Shown one piece after another: positions 27,641 to 38,108 of a DNA stretch of 64,000 bases. The stretch is taken from contig OZ320313.1 in the NCBI GenBank assembly GCA_976226885.1, forward strand, positions 157,728,001 through 157,792,000, given 5' to 3'. This DNA is from Iphione sp. A-MEVVRFRX5. Lineage: Eukaryota. The notes below the pieces were generated by a model, which made no database searches, had not been told where the DNA came from, and was given only the letters and a program-made list of their open reading frames with translations. The number at the start of each line of letters is the position of its first letter. Positions within the stretch are counted from its first letter, which is position 1. The position numbers were made by a program, and so were the translations under genes.

Positions 27641-30600
27641 TCCAGGTCCAATCATAATAGGGCATATTGCTGTGCAGGTCGACCGGGCGGTGAGAGGTGG
27701 GGGGAGAGGGGGGTTGTAGCCTACGGTGGTATACGGTGATGTGGCTATCTGCGACCCTGATCGATGCCAGGCGGCTTGTAGCAGCAGTACGAGCCATATG
27801 GAACCGGCCAGGCCTTTTCTCTGCCGCCCCCCCGAACCCGACCACCACTGCCACCAACGCGACCCCACAATCTACTCCCCGCCCACAAGACGGCCAAGCT
27901 ATTGTTTCTGCCGCGCTACTAAAACATGATGAAACGACTAGATGCGCCCGGTCGCTGCCCAAACGCCCGACCTCGAGTTTGAACAGGCTACACAGTGCCC
28001 CGTCGATGTCCCAGCTGCTGGGAGTGGTCACTGCTGAAGTCTGAAAGACTGAAGTGCTGACCTGCCTCCAGAGCGTGGAGCACTGCGCTCTGCAGGCACG
28101 TAAAATGGGTTTCACCCTGATGTCCAATTCCCTCGAATATCTGAGGAGCGACCACTTAATGGCAGCACATAAACTACATATCTTTCACCTACTCTCACTG
28201 TCCTTGAAGGTAATGGGTAGGGCACCGTACTATACATGCGTGGTAGAATGCATCTGTAGTAAGTTCCATTAAGGCAAAGACAATTGCAGCGAACAATAAA
28301 TCCCTCGGGCCACGCTACTCACAGAATGCTTGATTTAACACGCCTAGGTCTGATACAATGTTAATCGCAATGCTTAATATAATAAAACCAGTTACGACGG
28401 ACAGTGATGTAACCTTTGAGGTTGGCCTTTCAGCTACTCCATATAGGCCTACTCCTATAGGGCAGCCTAAAGTTTCCCGTCGTATATTGACTTGTTGATC
28501 GATAAGATATGTTTGCCGTGTTTACAATAGCCACCGTGTGTATGGGTGAGCACACAAGTCTGCGATCTCAACAATGCACGCAAGGCAATATGACAGGTGG
28601 GGAATGTTTCCGCTTACATGCTCATGCATGTGGAGGCACACACAGTGTGCATACATCTCGATGGTAACCTTGGAAGTGGCCTAACCGTTCTTCCTCCATC
28701 ACCCCGCGAAGATGATCCTACCTGGCGGAACACGCGTGCGCTTATGTTTCTATGAATAGCACAACTTCCATCGCGAGCCTGTACTACCGCGAACTGTGTA
28801 CGGCAAATGCCAATATATTTGGAAGGAACTCAGTCCCGAGTCGAGTTATAAGAAAGATCACAAGAAAAAGGCCAACCTTAAACCGAGCGAAATGTGTAAA
28901 CAGAATATCTTAGTAGGTCATGTGTTATTTTCGGACTTACACATCAGATGGAGGAGACATTCTCTGATCGATTTAGATTCATGCCAGCGATGCGCTGACA
29001 AAGGTAGATGGAGAGGCTGGAGGAGGTGGGTGTGTGAGCGAGGAGGAATCTTGGGTGTGGCGGCTGCAGCCCCAGAGGGCTTTGGCCTTCGGATCAGTGT
29101 ACACCTGGTCTGAGTGTCTGGCCAGGGCGGCTTATCACCACGGTAAAACCGAGGACCGCCCAGTAGACATAGGCAGACAGGGGAGGGCCTATACCAATCT
29201 GCCTCGTCGTGGCAGAGGCAATCCATTAAGGACGGGAGGCAGCAGGGGGCGGGGGGGGCGGAGGCCCCCAACTAATTCTTTGTCTTTTTCCTCGGTAGCT
29301 TGTCTCCTGGTGATTCATCATGGCTGCCGATCGGTCAGCAAAAATGGCGTGCTAGGATAATGATGTTTGGCTCTTCTTTGGTTGTCCCTGAGCGTTAGAC
29401 ATGCGCAATAATGAGTATAAATGGAAGCGAACTGCCGGAAATATAAGAGAGAATATGCGCGGACATGCCACACTTTGGAACAACTCGGAAGCTGCGTCAG
29501 ATGTACCTGCCCTTTCAATTTGCTTTACTTCAGTGACCAAACATGAGAAAGTCTGTGTTGTACATCAGGCACAATTTTGTGAAACGCCAATTCTAGCAAA
29601 GACCATATCAGGCGTAAGTACTGCTTTCGTTAAAATGAAGGTATTCAGGGTACTCTTTAGAATACATGTACATCTTTTCGTGTGGATGGTGGTTCGCACA
29701 GGACTGCGTGAATTTGACCAATTCATAGAAGTACTTTTATGGTGGATTTTTTTTCAAGTACTGTCATCGGTGCACTGCCTGGCAGCTCCGACAATAGTCG
29801 GGATACACATAGAGCCTGCTGCGGAGGCTTATTACGGATGGGTGGCAATCGCCCCTACAGTCGCTGAGCTTATGCACACGATGAATCGTCACTGATGAAG
29901 ATTTACTCAGGGAGGCCTGGGAAGGACCCCCTTGCAGACCGCAGCTCGTGCTGCAACGGTACATTTGAATTTCGGGGGTCTTAGTGGCGGTGGCCATATA
30001 TGGGTTGCCTATCGTGAAGATATTAATGCCCGGCATCGAGGGAAATCAGCAGATGTAAATAGAACGACTGTTACATGACTGCCTGCCTGCCAGGCTTCAT
30101 TGTGTTAACCACTGTTACCCAAGCTAATTTCGATCCAATTTCTTTAGAGTGCTAACAGGTGTATCCCCGTACAGTGTGAAAGGTTTTCACCCTCCCCTTC
30201 AGTTCATCTAAATTGTGGGAGATGTAAGTCAATGCTTGTTTAGGTGATGATTCAAACTTTCAGAGCACGGTGGGTGGCTGCAATGCTGATAGGAATGCTG
30301 CTGGCCTGTGTAGCAATGCAGTACTCAATACAATGTAGCATTTTCCCCACCTCCCCTTGGTTGAAAGAAGGAGCGCGGTTCCCTGCATCTACATCCAAAA
30401 CAGCACCTGCTGTATACCTTTTTATGGTCATATAGGCTTCAAAAGGGATGCCTGCTCTAATGCTGCCATCTCTTTTGTTCATAAAGCTTGTTTTATCCAT
30501 TATGCTCGTGGAGAGGGGCAATAATGCAAATCCTATACTGTGTAATGTCATGCGTTTTTAAAAAAATAAAATGCCACGGTCGTGCCCTTCATGTGTGTAC

Positions 30601-31631
30601 GGTTACAGGACCATTTTAACTTGGCATCTATTTGATGCTCTTCTTTGGACGATCATGTGCTATGCCCCCGTCTGCCGGGGATCCCCGCCTCACCCAATAC
30701 TCCTTCGGTGCGCTCGGCAGATGCACCTGGTCACAAGATATTTCCATACTCTACCTGTAATAGCAACGCTGGACCTGCGGCAAAGCTCCACTTCACCTGC
30801 GTGGAATACGCATAAGCAATCGGCCACTCACCCCGTCCCTGGGAGCCCGTGTGCCTGTCTGTAAGCATGTGCGTGCGCTTGTGCGTGCACTCCACCTCTT
30901 CGTCGTTTGCCCAGAGATCAAGGCGTGTGACAGGCAGGGGGTCACGCCACAGCCGAGCTTTGTATCTTTTTGCTCTTCTACATATATATATGGAACACAG
31001 AGCACAAGGTAAACAGCGCCGCAGGCTCGGGAAGACATTAAAACCACTACTCTATTGTATGTCACCGAAGGGACCTTGAGGGTTGAAAGAGGTTATAAGA
31101 GGTTTATGGAGAAATCTCTTGTTACGGGAGAGGTGCAACATGTCATTACACCTTTAGCCTATTTCTATTCTATGCAGTGCACCAAATGATCCCACTGCCG
31201 ACAAAGAGAACTTTTACATAGACGGCGGAGGTCGATAGTCTTTCATCTGGAGTAAATAAAGATATGTGGTGCCTGGTGCGACACAGGAAGGTGAGTGTAT
31301 GACAAAGACATGGTTCCCCTTGCATTACCCCATCATAAACAATACAGGAGCAATATGAGTAATCATGGTGTACATAACTGGTAAAGATGCAGATGATGAC
31401 CTGTTTCCGATTAGCACGAAGCCAGCTACAATGGACAGTTTCTCAACCCTGAAGATTTATGTACATCGCAATGCCGCTAATATTAATAGTAACTTCCACG
31501 CTCTTCCATCCGACAGACACATGAACTGCAACCTGAATGGAAGTTGATACTAGTATGCATCGGGCACCTTTCTCTAAACGATAAACGGCGTTCAAAGTGC
31601 CGAGGCAAAAACGATGAATTTATATGATATT

Positions 31632-34600
31632 TCATGCGGATATGAGAATGATATGTCCCTTAAACGTAGATATCATAAAGTGCTTTCTTTGCCAGCAGTC
31701 GTTGTTGTTGTTGTTGTTTCTGTCGAGAAACAAGAGTGTCCCTGTATGATATAACATGACCTTTCTAGGCAAGCGTGGATGACGCCTTGCCCACCACCTA
31801 AGCGCAGCTGACCAAACCAACTCCTGAAGACCACTGGGTCTCCTAGGCCTGGTTACGCCTGGTACCATCTGGCTGGGGGCACCTACCTGGTCAGCATCGG
31901 CCTTCTCTTTGATCTTCTTGGCAACTATCGTACTCCATAGAGATTTGCCTTTCTTGGGTACCCCAGCTGAAGGTCCGCCATCGGCGCCTCCTGCTGCGAC
32001 TGCTTGGGCTTCCCCTGCAGCGTCGGGTGCGGCTGCCGTCGCCCCTCCTGCCGCTGTGGCACCTGCGGTGTCAGCGGCCGACGACTCGGCTAGGTCCGAG
32101 TCGGCTTCAAAGGATTCGGCGTCCGAACTATCTTGGATGCGCACCCGCCTGACGACGCTATCGGGGACTCTCTCCGGGGAAGGCCCGGCTGATGTGGCGC
32201 CCGAGGCAGTGGACGGTGCGTGGCTCTCTGTGCCGCCGGTAGCCCCCAAGGCTTCCGGCGGTAGTTCTGCTTGTCTCCCGTCGTCGATAGTCTCCTCCCA
32301 CGGAGCCGACTCCCGGCGGACCTCTCCGCCGGGGACCGCCTCCTGGGTGGAGGGCACCTGGTCCGGGTGGTCAGCACTAAACTCAGGGCTTGCTTGAGGT
32401 TCCGAAAAACCGGTAATGACGCCAAAAGGCGCGGCGACGAAGCTCATCTTCTCCTTGAACATGCTACCCCAACCTTTGGGCTCGGCGGCCTGACCACCTG
32501 ACTCGGTGGATGCTCGCCGTCCTTGTTGATTGTCCTGTGCCTGCATCCGTCGCGCGGGCGTGCTCTGCCGCGACGCGTTGCTGGCTTCACTCTCTCTCCG
32601 CGACGGCACCGCGCCGCCCCAAGAACTCGTTTCACTCTCTCGCCTGGCTTCCGCTGCCGGCGGTTCCGGTTTGCGACCCATCAGCATATAGGTCCAGCTG
32701 GTGGTAACCTCTACGATGGGGTCGCTGCCCTTCCTGAAGGTCTCCTTGAAGAAGGAGCCCCACGACTGTGGTTCTGGTTCAGGCGGCGGGCCGGTTGGAG
32801 CGACTCGCGGAGTGGTAGTAACGGGTTGCGAGCCTTTGGGCTCCGGTTCCGACTGTCTCCTGTACAGAGGAGGCGGAGCTGCATGGACGCGATCTTCCGG
32901 GATGGGCTGCGAATAGCGCCGAACGTCTGCGGAACCTGTCTGAGGTTGAGGTCTGTGTACGATTTTCTCCCTTGCCTGATCAGGCACGAAAGTGCTGCCT
33001 GTGTGTGCGGGGCTTTGGGAGACCTGCAGTGACTGCTGTACAAGGTGCGACTGCTGTTCGTGTTGTGGAGGTAAAGGCTGGTACTGTGCATGTGATTGTG
33101 CTGGTGCGGTCTCGTGCTGCTGAGGCAAATGTGCAAACGGTGGCTCTCCAGGAGCTTCGGCATTTGGCAGAGATTCAAGTTTTGCATCGATTTGTGGCTC
33201 AAGTGTAGAATGGTCTTTGGCGGCAGCTTGCCTTTGGGCACTCGCCTCCGCCGCATGCTCTTCCCTCCGCTCCCCTTCCTTCTCCTTCTCCTCCTCCTCT
33301 TGTGGCAGTTCTTGCTGGAGGTTGAGACCCCTGCACTCCCACTCACTATCACTACTGTCATCGTCGGCGCTGCTGCCATGCACTAGCACCGTGCTGTCAA
33401 CCTCTGAGCAGCTATCACTTTCGCTTGGGGCTTCTGGGGTGACCGCCGTCGTCGTCGCCAATGGTTCGTGTAGCGTGGGCGGCGCGGGCAACGTCGGCGA
33501 CGTTATCTCAGTGGGAGACTGTATGGTAGGGGCTGACGGGGGGATTAAAGGTTTCTCCGGCGAAGGCGGAGGCCGTCTCTTAATAGTCCACTGGTCTTCG
33601 CTTTGCACCCACCTGTCGTCCTCACCTTCGACCTCCTCCTCCTCGTCCTCCTCGTCTAGATCACTGGGTGTCGCAACAGAGCGCATGTCCTCCCGCTCCT
33701 CCTCACTGTCGCTCTCAGTCCTAAAGGAGCGGTCATCTTCCTGTAGGCTGGCCGTGCGACTGGCCGTCCGCAGGGACCGCTGGTCGTCGCTTAGAGTCAT
33801 CACCGATCTCCTCTCCTCCTCCTCGTCGTCATCGTCACGGTCGCTAAGCGTTAATACTGATCGCTGGTCTTCCTGATCGCTAAAGCTCAGGAAGGAGTGC
33901 TGGTCGTCCATGTCCCGGACGGTCAGCACAGAACGCTCGTCCTCGTCGCTGTAACTAGGCGTCCGACTGCGACTACTGCTGTGGTCGCTCAGTGAACGGT
34001 ACGAGCGCCGACTGCTGCGGCTGCTGCTGCGGCCGCTCGTCAACGTGCGCGACGAGCGCTGGTCGTCGCTGGCACTTCGCGTCGAGTGCAGGTCGTCGGT
34101 ATCGCTCGTCATCAGCCCCGAGGGCAGGTCCTCCTCACTAGTGATGGTGCGGACGGAGGGAAGGTCCTCGTCACTCGTGATCGTCCGCACGGACGGCGCC
34201 ATGTCGTGGTCGCTCGTCGTCCTTATGGATCGTCGGTCGTCAGCGTCGCTGCTGGTCCGTGTAGACACGGGGTCGTCGTCATGGTCGTCGACGCGCCGAT
34301 ATCGGGCGCCATAGTACGCGCGCTCGCCGCCGAGGGGCGGTGCGCGGGTCTGTTTGCGCCGACCAGGGCCCTCGTACTCATCCTCGAAGTCATCGTCGAG
34401 AATATCGGTCTCGCGAATGTCGTCCGAGTCGAGCGACGGCGGGTTGAAGGACAAACTGCGGTTGCTCCCGTCCTCGTAGTCGAAACTGTCCTCGTCGCTG
34501 TGGCCGTAGAACCGCTTGGCTTGTGATCGTCGCTCCGACCCGCTTCCCGACGTTGGCCTCTTTGCGGAGCGCTGAACGCTCCGTCGCGGGCGCAAGGTCC

Positions 34601-35078
34601 CGTCGCGCGCGTCCTTCACGTACTCCTCGACCACCCGAGCACCCATGTCTCCGGCGCTTTCCGACTCGGGCAGACTGGGTTGCGTTTCCAGCCGCTGCCG
34701 CATCTCCGGCGATATATCCGCCTCGACGACGATGCTGGCCGGAACCTCCATACAACTCACGTCGCTCTCGTCGCTACCCCAGCGCAGTTCGTCGTCTTGG
34801 TACATATACGTCAAACTGTCCGTCTCGCGGTCGGTGGTCAGTTCGCTCATCCGCCCCGTGGCCGACGACGCTGAAGCCGACGGTCCTTCTAACGTCTTCT
34901 GGCTGCGTCGGTCATCGTCGCTCGATTCGCCGACCCCCCGTCGACCGGCGCTTGCCACAGCGCCGGGCGGGTCCGCCGCTTGAGGCGGGAAAGGCGCGTT
35001 TGTGGCATTCTTGGCGAAGCCAGGAATGAGATAGGAGGGCAGCATGCCCGGACATAGGACGCTGTACGTGTTCCCCAT
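31632..35078 (-). CDS. Large low-complexity (probably intrinsically disordered) protein of unknown function; 1148 aa unspliced, ~1083 aa if the 3' intron is used
   Basis: 3447-nt ORF with ATG preceded by an in-frame TAG. Spot-counted GC is 36-45 of 60 in two ORF lines versus 27 of 60 just upstream (35161) and 18 of 60 at the AT-rich 3' end (31621). An internal duplication differs only at third codon positions. MGNTYS start, D/E/S/R-rich N-half, P/Q/A-rich C-half; no recognisable catalytic domain. Confidence 0.88.
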   Translation of the reverse strand: MGNTYSVLCPGMLPSYLIPGFAKNATNAPFPPQAADPPGAVASAGRRGVGESSDDDRRSQKTLEGPSASASSATGRMSELTTDRETDSLTYMYQDDELRWGSDESDVSCMEVPASIVVEADISPEMRQRLETQPSLPESESAGDMGARVVEEYVKDARDGTLRPRRSVQRSAKRPTSGSGSERRSQAKRFYGHSDEDSFDYEDGSNRSLSFNPPSLDSDDIRETDILDDDFEDEYEGPGRRKQTRAPPLGGERAYYGARYRRVDDHDDDPVSTRTSSDADDRRSIRTTSDHDMAPSVRTITSDEDLPSVRTITSEEDLPSGLMTSDTDDLHSTRSASDDQRSSRTLTSGRSSSRSSRRSYRSLSDHSSSRSRTPSYSDEDERSVLTVRDMDDQHSFLSFSDQEDQRSVLTLSDRDDDDEEEERRSVMTLSDDQRSLRTASRTASLQEDDRSFRTESDSEEEREDMRSVATPSDLDEEDEEEEVEGEDDRWVQSEDQWTIKRRPPPSPEKPLIPPSAPTIQSPTEITSPTLPAPPTLHEPLATTTAVTPEAPSESDSCSEVDSTVLVHGSSADDDSSDSEWECRGLNLQQELPQEEEEKEKEGERREEHAAEASAQRQAAAKDHSTLEPQIDAKLESLPNAEAPGEPPFAHLPQQHETAPAQSHAQYQPLPPQHEQQSHLVQQSLQVSQSPAHTGSTFVPDQAREKIVHRPQPQTGSADVRRYSQPIPEDRVHAAPPPLYRRQSEPEPKGSQPVTTTPRVAPTGPPPEPEPQSWGSFFKETFRKGSDPIVEVTTSWTYMLMGRKPEPPAAEARRESETSSWGGAVPSRRESEASNASRQSTPARRMQAQDNQQGRRASTESGGQAAEPKGWGSMFKEKMSFVAAPFGVITGFSEPQASPEFSADHPDQVPSTQEAVPGGEVRRESAPWEETIDDGRQAELPPEALGATGGTESHAPSTASGATSAGPSPERVPDSVVRRVRIQDSSDAESFEADSDLAESSAADTAGATAAGGATAAAPDAAGEAQAVAAGGADGGPSAGVPKKGKSLWSTIVAKKIKEKADADQVGAPSQMVPGVTRPRRPSGLQELVWSAALRWWARRHPRLPRKVMLYHTGTLLFLDRNNNNNNDCWQRKHFMISTFKGHIILISA
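31660..31719 (-). CDS. Putative terminal coding exon of the large gene (KQQQQQRLLAKKALYDIYV*)
   Basis: Phase-0 join from 31887 to 31719 reads AAA (CAA)5 CGA CTG CTG GCA AAG AAA GCA CTT TAT GAT ATC TAC GTT TAA. Confidence 0.45.
   Translation of the reverse strand, partial: KQQQQQRLLAKKALYDIYV
31720..31886 (-). other. Putative 167-nt spliceosomal intron near the 3' end of the large ORF
   Basis: Donor CAG|GTAGGT exactly after codon 1064 (..ADADQ) and acceptor CTCTTGTTTCTCGACAG; GC content falls across this stretch. Confidence 0.5.
34122..34193 (-). repeat. Coding tandem repeat, 2 x 36 nt (SVRTITSDEDLP / SVRTITSEEDLP)
   Basis: tcc gtg cgg acg atc acg agt gac gag gac ctt ccc versus tcc gtc cgc acc atc act agt gag gag gac ctg ccc. 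Confidence 0.92.
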
Positions 35079-37324
35079 GACGAAGCCGTTCAGCTTCTCC
35101 CCTAGCTATCACCAGTCGGTCACTGCTGTGTCATTTCCATGTAGAAAAATATATCTTCATACTGAATTCATGAACAGGAAAATCGTTCGCACTGTTCCGT
35201 GTGTGGGATAACTACCCTGAGTGAACTGCAGGTGCATCATATAGTTTATTAGCACAGTTCACTCAATACCTACATTGTGTCTAGTCGTCGTCTGATATAG
35301 TCAAGAATATATATTCCTCCATTTAGTACAGAAATAACTACTGCGGCAAGTAAAGGTCAACGAGCATTGCTGCACAGCACGTCATGTAGAGCAAAAGCAT
35401 ATTTTTGGCGTGTTGATATAACCATGCTCTCAGAGCAGAAGGCCATGAACTCAGGCTACAGAGCCAGGAAGATGCTTCTCTTCTTCGCATTGCTGAACGG
35501 GATTATCAGACGTAACCCACGCTCCGAATACCATCTGAATGGGTCGATCGCAAGAATAGCGGTCGAAAAAGCATCGCGAAGCGGTCCTCGCATTCCACGC
35601 CGGGCAATGGCGCTGGATGGTTGCTAATCTCATCAAATACATCAATAAGCCGATGGTAATACGGTCATCTCATCATGGGGAGTGGATTAGAACGGCCACT
35701 ACCACACACTGGCTGCTGATAGAACTGGGCCACGTTGCGGGGGGGGCGGGGGGTCTCGAGGGGGAGGGGGTCATGCGCTCACGCTGGCGCTGATGATCAA
35801 TCCTCGACGGAGTCAGAGAGGAGCAGTTTATGACAATCAATTCACGCGAGACCTTCACCTGTCAGCCTTGCCAGAAATACAATCAATACTTTTCCTTTAT
35901 CGTTCGTCCTTACACGAGTAATGCGTATATTAACTGGCGCTTATGTTTTTAGTGGGGGGAGGGGGCAAACAAGTCTTCACTCAATATGATATACATTCGC
36001 ATCGGGCATTTTTTTTAACGCCTCCCGAAGTGTTGCTGGTCAATAATGCTGCTTTATTTCTCCTTGTTGAGGTGACGTTGATCAATGGTGTGTCATCACC
36101 CTGTTTGGGATTAAGCTCGGCTCAATAATACAAACATGCACACGACCGCGGCTCAGTCCCCTTGCTGCTACCAGTTCTTGGCCGAGTACATATTGATGTT
36201 TGACTATACGTCTGTGACGTCCGCTGTCGCGTCTGATCTCCCCCGTCGAAGCCAGGTGCAATGGCATTCATATATACACGAAGGCCTTTTTTTTATGAGC
36301 GCCTCCCCGGTACACGCACAGGTGCCGCCGGCTTGCCATTGACTGAGAACCCCTGGGTGTATTACTTATCCTGTCACCACGCTCAAGGCAAACGACCCTT
36401 GCCTGTGACAAGCCTGGATTACTGGCAGAGTTTATCTAACGCGTAACTGTTACATTAGACAGGTGTTGACAGCGGGGGATTATTTTAAGCCGACTGGTCC
36501 ACATCCATGAGTCAGGCCCACCTTTCCTGCACCCTCAACTCGTAGGAGGGAGGTGTGGAGTAGCACTTAATGAGAAGGTGGCTGTGAGTTGTTGTACACT
36601 TTGACGGCGCCTATATTCTACTCGCCGAGTGTGGTGGCTTTTAACAGTTCTTACCACTCCGTGTACCCTTCCACTTTGATAATCGCTTCAGATGGGATCT
36701 GGCATGCGACGAGCAGGCACTACATGTAAAGGGGAGGGGGCGTGCAGGTGCTTGTGCTAGCTCTCGCCAGCATGGAAAACCACTCCGTTTCTACAAACCA
36801 AAAAAAAATCCGCTTTTGAGGGTAGTCACAAAGCTGCTGCATGTGTGTTCATACATACGGCCGACACGGTCATCCAGATGTCATCCACCTCTCTCAATCC
36901 CACAAGAACCGTTCCCCCCCTTTTTTATGGTCAGCCACTTTCTTGTTGTCCTCTCCTGCTGGATACTGCTCGACAGACGAAACACCCCTCCCCCGCAATA
37001 TCGGTCTTTTCCGTCCGACTAGCCGCCTGGCTCAACAACGACTTAGCCCGCTATGATAAACTGTCAATGGCTCCTGGACATCCACTGGAGAGCACGTTGA
37101 TGTACCGGCTGGCGATCCCAGCGACGCGCCAGTGGGCTGACAAGTTTGATCGGGCGTTCTACTCCCACCCAAGGGGCCTTGTAGGAGATCACCGGGGGAG
37201 GCGGCGGCGGCGCGTCTGGTCCACTTGGATCTAAGTATCACAATCCTTCACTGCTATTATTACACCAACGCCCTGGGATCTCCTATCAAATCCTTTTTCC
37301 CCTTGCATCGTTTTTGACATGTAG

Positions 37325-38108
37325 CTCTTCTTCCACGACCCAGGGTCACTTATATTATTGGCTCTTACAACACGGAATACATTATTCACTGGGAAATATC
37401 ACAACTCCCGATCTTCTTCCAAATAGATAAAGTTTCGGTAGGTCGTCATTTAGTGCCGCTTAGAGTATGAAGCCGTTACGTTACCATGCATGCTTGTATA
37501 GAACTCCAAGGACAAGGTTATCGATGCTTTTTATGTTCCCTGGCTATCAGTGTAAATGAAGCCAATGTCACTATTGTTGGAGTTCCTTCAACCTTCCTTC
37601 AAGCTAATTTTACGCCTGGTAACTCCAGACGACAGTCCTGAACCAACATTCAAGAACACTGGCTTAAAGAGTCGGCGAGAGCAGGATTTCCACAATGTAT
37701 CCTGACATTTCATTTACTCCACGACTCCACGGGTTCAATGGGCCCTCTCTCGTACAACAGCCTCTACTTCCTCCTGAAGGAAGCGTACACAAGGTGAGTG
37801 CTTCCTGTGACAATGGTTACGTTGCCGGCGAACAAAGCAGGGTGGAAGGGGAACAGGGGTTGGCCAGTGTTCATGAAACAAAGCTGACTTATTGTTATCC
37901 TTCGCTCTCCAGGATTTGCTGTTCAACTGACCCCTGCACGCAGGCCATGCGAAACTGTTCTGGGCTACGTAAGCGACGCGGCCGTGCCCTCGACGTGGAC
38001 GAGTTTGTTGGTGCGCTGCACTTTAGTATATGTCATCGTTTGAAACAACTGTCGATATATTTTTCAGCCGTCGTCGCTCTTTTGTCTTTGAATGATGGAT
38101 TGCGCTAG
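37325..38108 (+). pseudogene. Cluster of candidate small exons/introns of an unidentified plus-strand gene, pseudogene or lncRNA
   Basis: Intron 37794-37912: AG|GTGAGT..GCTGAC..TCCTTCGCTCTCCAG. Intron 37969-38067: GTAAGC..TTTTTCAG. Exon 37325-37437 bounded by a pyrimidine tract+TAG and TCG|GTAGGT. The last three segments join in frame (..GFPQCILTFHLLHDSTGSMGPLSYNSLYFLLKEAYTRICCSTDPCTQAMRNCSGLPVVALLSLNDGLR*), but I could not join the upstream exon in phase. Confidence 0.35.

Noticed and set aside
31178-31290. Plus-strand exon-like segment with good acceptor and AAG|GTGAGT donor
   Set aside because: All three frames contain stops; could only be non-coding antisense and there is no further support.
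31635-31760. C-terminal YHTGTLLFLD..WQRKHFMI segment looking like PH-domain strands 1-3
   Set aside because: Stops after ~40 residues with no further exon; lies in AT-richer sequence more simply explained as intron plus a terminal exon in another frame.
31909-35029. About 20 plus-strand and alternative-frame ORFs overlapping the large ORF
   Set aside because: Shadow ORFs of GC-rich, repetitive coding sequence; the third-position divergence at 34122-34193 points to the 1148-aa minus frame.
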